Assembly: GCA_018064645.1 (NCBI GenBank)
Contig: JAGHUT010000064.1
Span: forward strand, 3,965-67,964
Length of the DNA stretch: 64,000 bases
Direction: 5' to 3'
From: Candidatus Crickella merdequi
Lineage (GTDB): Bacteria; Bacillota; Clostridia; Peptostreptococcales; Anaerovoracaceae
The position numbers and the translations under genes were made by a program. Below are positions 62,088 to 64,000 of this stretch, piece by piece; positions within the stretch are counted from its first letter, which is position 1, and every line of letters begins with the position of its first letter. The notes below the pieces were generated by a model. It was not told the origin of the DNA, ran no database searches, and was given only the letters and a program-made list of their open reading frames with translations.

Positions 62088-63233
62088 ATGACTAAGGTAG
62101 ATATTTTCTCAGGTTTTCTGGGAGCAGGCAAAACAACACTTATCAAGAAGCTCGTCGCTGAAGCGTATGGCGATGAGAAGATTGTACTTATAGAGAACGA
62201 ATTTGGAGAGATTGGCGTTGATAGCGGTTTTCTCAAGAACACCGGCATCGAGATTAACGAGATGAATGCAGGCTGCATCTGCTGCACTCTTGTTGGAGAC
62301 TTTGCGAAGGCTCTCGATGAGGTTATCGAGAAGTACAGCCCGGACAGAATTCTTATCGAGCCATCTGGCGTTGGCAAGCTTTCAGATGTAATCATCGCTG
62401 TTCAGGATCTGAACAACGAGAATATTGAGCTTAACAGCTTCACTACAGTTGTAGATGCTAAGAGATGCAAGGCTATGATGAGAAGCTTCGGCGAGTTCTA
62501 TGAGAACCAGGTTGAGCATGCAAGCTCAATTATTCTCAGCCATCAGGCAGGTCTCAGCGAGGAGAAGCTCGCAGAGGTTATCAATATGATCAAGGAGCTG
62601 AATCCAACAGCTTCAATCGTAACAACTGACTGGCCTGATCTTCACGGATCAAAGATTCTTAAGGTTATGGAAGATAACAAGACTCTTTCAGCAGAGCTTG
62701 AGCATCTCCGCGAAGAAGCTCATCACGAGCTTGAGGAGCACGAGCATCATCACCACGAGGATGGCGAGGAGTGCTGCTGCGGACATCACCACGACCATGA
62801 CCATGAAGAGCATGAGCATCATCACCATCATCACCATGAGGATGGCGAGGAGTGCTGCTGCGGACATCACCACGACCACGAAGAGCACGAGCATCACCAC
62901 CACCATCACCACCACGAGCACGGCGAGGGCTGCAGCTGCGGCTGTGGACATGATCACCACCATGCCGATGAAGTCTTCGAGGAGATGGCACAGCACACCG
63001 CGAACAAGTACTCAGAGGAAGAGCTTGAGGAGATTCTCGACACACTGGATGAGTGCGGAGAAGTGCTTAGAGCAAAGGGTATCGTAGAGAACAAGAACGG
63101 CGGATGGCTTGAGTTTGACTACGTACCTGGAGAGGGCGAAGTGAGAACAGGTGAGGCCGAGGCTACAGGAACTGTAATCGTAATCGGAACTAACCTGAAG
63201 AAGGACAAGCTGAAGGCACTTTTCGCGCTGTAG
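62088..63233 (+). CDS. COG0523-family G3E GTPase metallochaperone with a His/Cys-rich insert
   Basis: Walker A GFLGAGKTTLI and the CXCC motif GCICCTL. Insert HHELEEHEHHHHEDGEECCCGHHHDHDHEEHEHHHHHHHEDGEECCCGHHHDHEEHEHHHHHHHHEHGEGCSCGCGHDHHH. CobW_C-like tail. Confidence 0.85.
   Translation: MTKVDIFSGFLGAGKTTLIKKLVAEAYGDEKIVLIENEFGEIGVDSGFLKNTGIEINEMNAGCICCTLVGDFAKALDEVIEKYSPDRILIEPSGVGKLSDVIIAVQDLNNENIELNSFTTVVDAKRCKAMMRSFGEFYENQVEHASSIILSHQAGLSEEKLAEVINMIKELNPTASIVTTDWPDLHGSKILKVMEDNKTLSAELEHLREEAHHELEEHEHHHHEDGEECCCGHHHDHDHEEHEHHHHHHHEDGEECCCGHHHDHEEHEHHHHHHHHEHGEGCSCGCGHDHHHADEVFEEMAQHTANKYSEEELEEILDTLDECGEVLRAKGIVENKNGGWLEFDYVPGEGEVRTGEAEATGTVIVIGTNLKKDKLKALFAL
62757..62878 (+). repeat. 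81-bp-period tandem duplication inside the His/Cys-rich insert
   Basis: gaggatggcgaggagtgctgctgcggacatcaccacgacca occurs at 62757-62797 and again at 62838-62878. A degenerate third unit lies at about 62915-62962. Confidence 0.85.
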
Positions 63234-63301
63234 GCGAATCCTGACAAGTTGCAGAGAACCTGCGTCAAAGACAAAGAACTTTTATCTAAAGGAGATAAGA
63301 A

Positions 63302-64000
63302 ATGATTAGTGAAAAGCCGGTCTTTATTTTTACCGGATTCTTCGGTAGCGGCAAGACAGAATTCATTCAGGACACTCTCGAGAACCCTGAGTTCGGCAAC
63401 GACGGAAGAACACTTCTGATTGTCTGCGAGGAGGGCGAGCTTGAGTACCAGCCTGAGAAATTCGCAGGCCCTGGCGTTACTGTCAAATACATCAGAACAG
63501 AAGACGAGCTCCGCGAAGGCATCCTTCGCAAAATCGTTGTAGGCTGCCTCTACGACCGCGTTGTAATCGAGTATAACGGAATGTGGGCCATGGAGACACT
63601 TTTCGCGAGCATGCCACGCAACTGGGTCATCGCTCAGGAGATGTGTTTCTTCGATGCCACAACATTCGAGATCTACAACAAGAACATGCGTCAGCAGTGC
63701 TTCGACAAGATGAAGACTGCGGAGATGGTGGTATTCAACCGCATGGATAAGAACGCTGACAAAATGCCTTTCCACAAGGAAGTCCGCATTGCCAACCGCC
63801 GCTCCCTCATCATCTATGAGTACGGCCCTAACGACATGGAGCCTGACACAATCGAGGATCCTCTGCCATACGACATGAGCAAGAAGAACATAACAATCGA
63901 GGATGACTGGTACGCAGAATGGTACAGAGACATCAATGAGAATGAGGACGCATATGACGGCAAAGTTCTGACGCTGAAAGGACGTGTAGCCATCAACAAG
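63302..64000 (+). CDS. Second G3E/CobW-like P-loop protein lacking the CXCC motif; 3' end lies outside the window
   Basis: Not in the ORF track because no stop falls within the window. My own translation from ATG 63302 is open to nt 64000: MISEKPVFIFTGFFGSGKTEFIQDTLENPEFGNDGRTLLIVCEEGELEY.... Confidence 0.65.
   Translation, partial: MISEKPVFIFTGFFGSGKTEFIQDTLENPEFGNDGRTLLIVCEEGELEYQPEKFAGPGVTVKYIRTEDELREGILRKIVVGCLYDRVVIEYNGMWAMETLFASMPRNWVIAQEMCFFDATTFEIYNKNMRQQCFDKMKTAEMVVFNRMDKNADKMPFHKEVRIANRRSLIIYEYGPNDMEPDTIEDPLPYDMSKKNITIEDDWYAEWYRDINENEDAYDGKVLTLKGRVAINK

Noticed and set aside
62088-63233. Calling the His-rich GTPase HypB or UreG and tying it to the hyp genes
   Set aside because: It has the GCICC (CXCC) motif and CobW_C-like tail of COG0523 rather than HypB or UreG signatures. 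It is also separated from hypFCDE by 23 kb of unrelated genes.
62665-63775. ORFs 62665-63045 (-), 62688-62996 (-), 62698-63087 (+) and 63119-63775 (-)
   Set aside because: These are alternative-frame or antisense readings of the His/Cys-rich repeat and of the unlisted partial gene at 63302-64000. Their translations are repetitive (MVVVM.., TTT.., RGD..) artefacts.
1-64000. CRISPR arrays, rRNA genes, prophage or toxin-antitoxin/defence cassettes
   Set aside because: I scanned for regularly spaced direct repeats and for nuclease, integrase and capsid-like proteins and found none. The only tandem repeats are the short in-frame ones at 28076-28109, 52495-52535 and 62757-62878.

Overview
This is a 64-kb chromosomal segment from a mid-GC Gram-positive anaerobe. 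Gene content (CWB2 wall proteins, butyryl-CoA:acetate CoA-transferase homolog, [FeFe] hydrogenase) suggests Clostridia, possibly Lachnospiraceae; this is inference only. Layout: (1) 1-7.4 kb is a surface-glycopolymer locus with a Wzy-like protein, WbpA/B/E/D-type diamino-uronic-acid sugar genes, and an AT-rich cassette carrying a glucuronyl-C5-epimerase-like gene and a Wzx flippase. (2) 7.4-21.9 kb is a wall-protein island: an L,D-transpeptidase, two tandem Cwp84-like cysteine proteases, a GH25 muramidase and two more CWB2-anchored proteins, a decayed IS3-family element, and a WecA/TagO-type initiating transferase. (3) An FNT channel, an XRE regulator preceded by repeated operator-like palindromes, and rpsF-ssb-rpsR follow. 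(4) 25.1-38.8 kb is the standout feature. It is a tightly coupled 12-gene operon encoding a TM1266-type small regulator, two NifH-like ATPases, two NifD/NifK-like pairs (one pair fused into a single 852-aa protein), HypF-HypC-HypD-HypE, and HydE-HydF. A riboswitch-like terminator/antiterminator leader precedes it. The window holds no hydrogenase structural gene next to the operon and no hypA/hypB, hydG or nifB. (5) Two TPP-riboswitch-controlled thiamine modules are present (ykoEDC-tenA on the minus strand, thiW-thiM-thiE-thiD on the plus strand). (6) A redox cluster contains an Isf-like flavoprotein, a Cys-rich orphan, a group-B-type [FeFe] hydrogenase, a rhodanese and tRNA-Arg(CCU), with a GGDEF (AGDEF) protein just upstream. 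(7) Housekeeping genes include a CoA-transferase, alr, PAP2, AIM24, ung, GNATs, thrH, a DUF2156 protein, a B3/4-domain protein, an MFS transporter and a DUF554 protein. (8) A pair of COG0523-type G3E GTPases closes the window; the first carries a His/Cys-rich insert built from an 81-bp tandem duplication. All calls rest on reading the translations and the DNA by eye. No database search was run.
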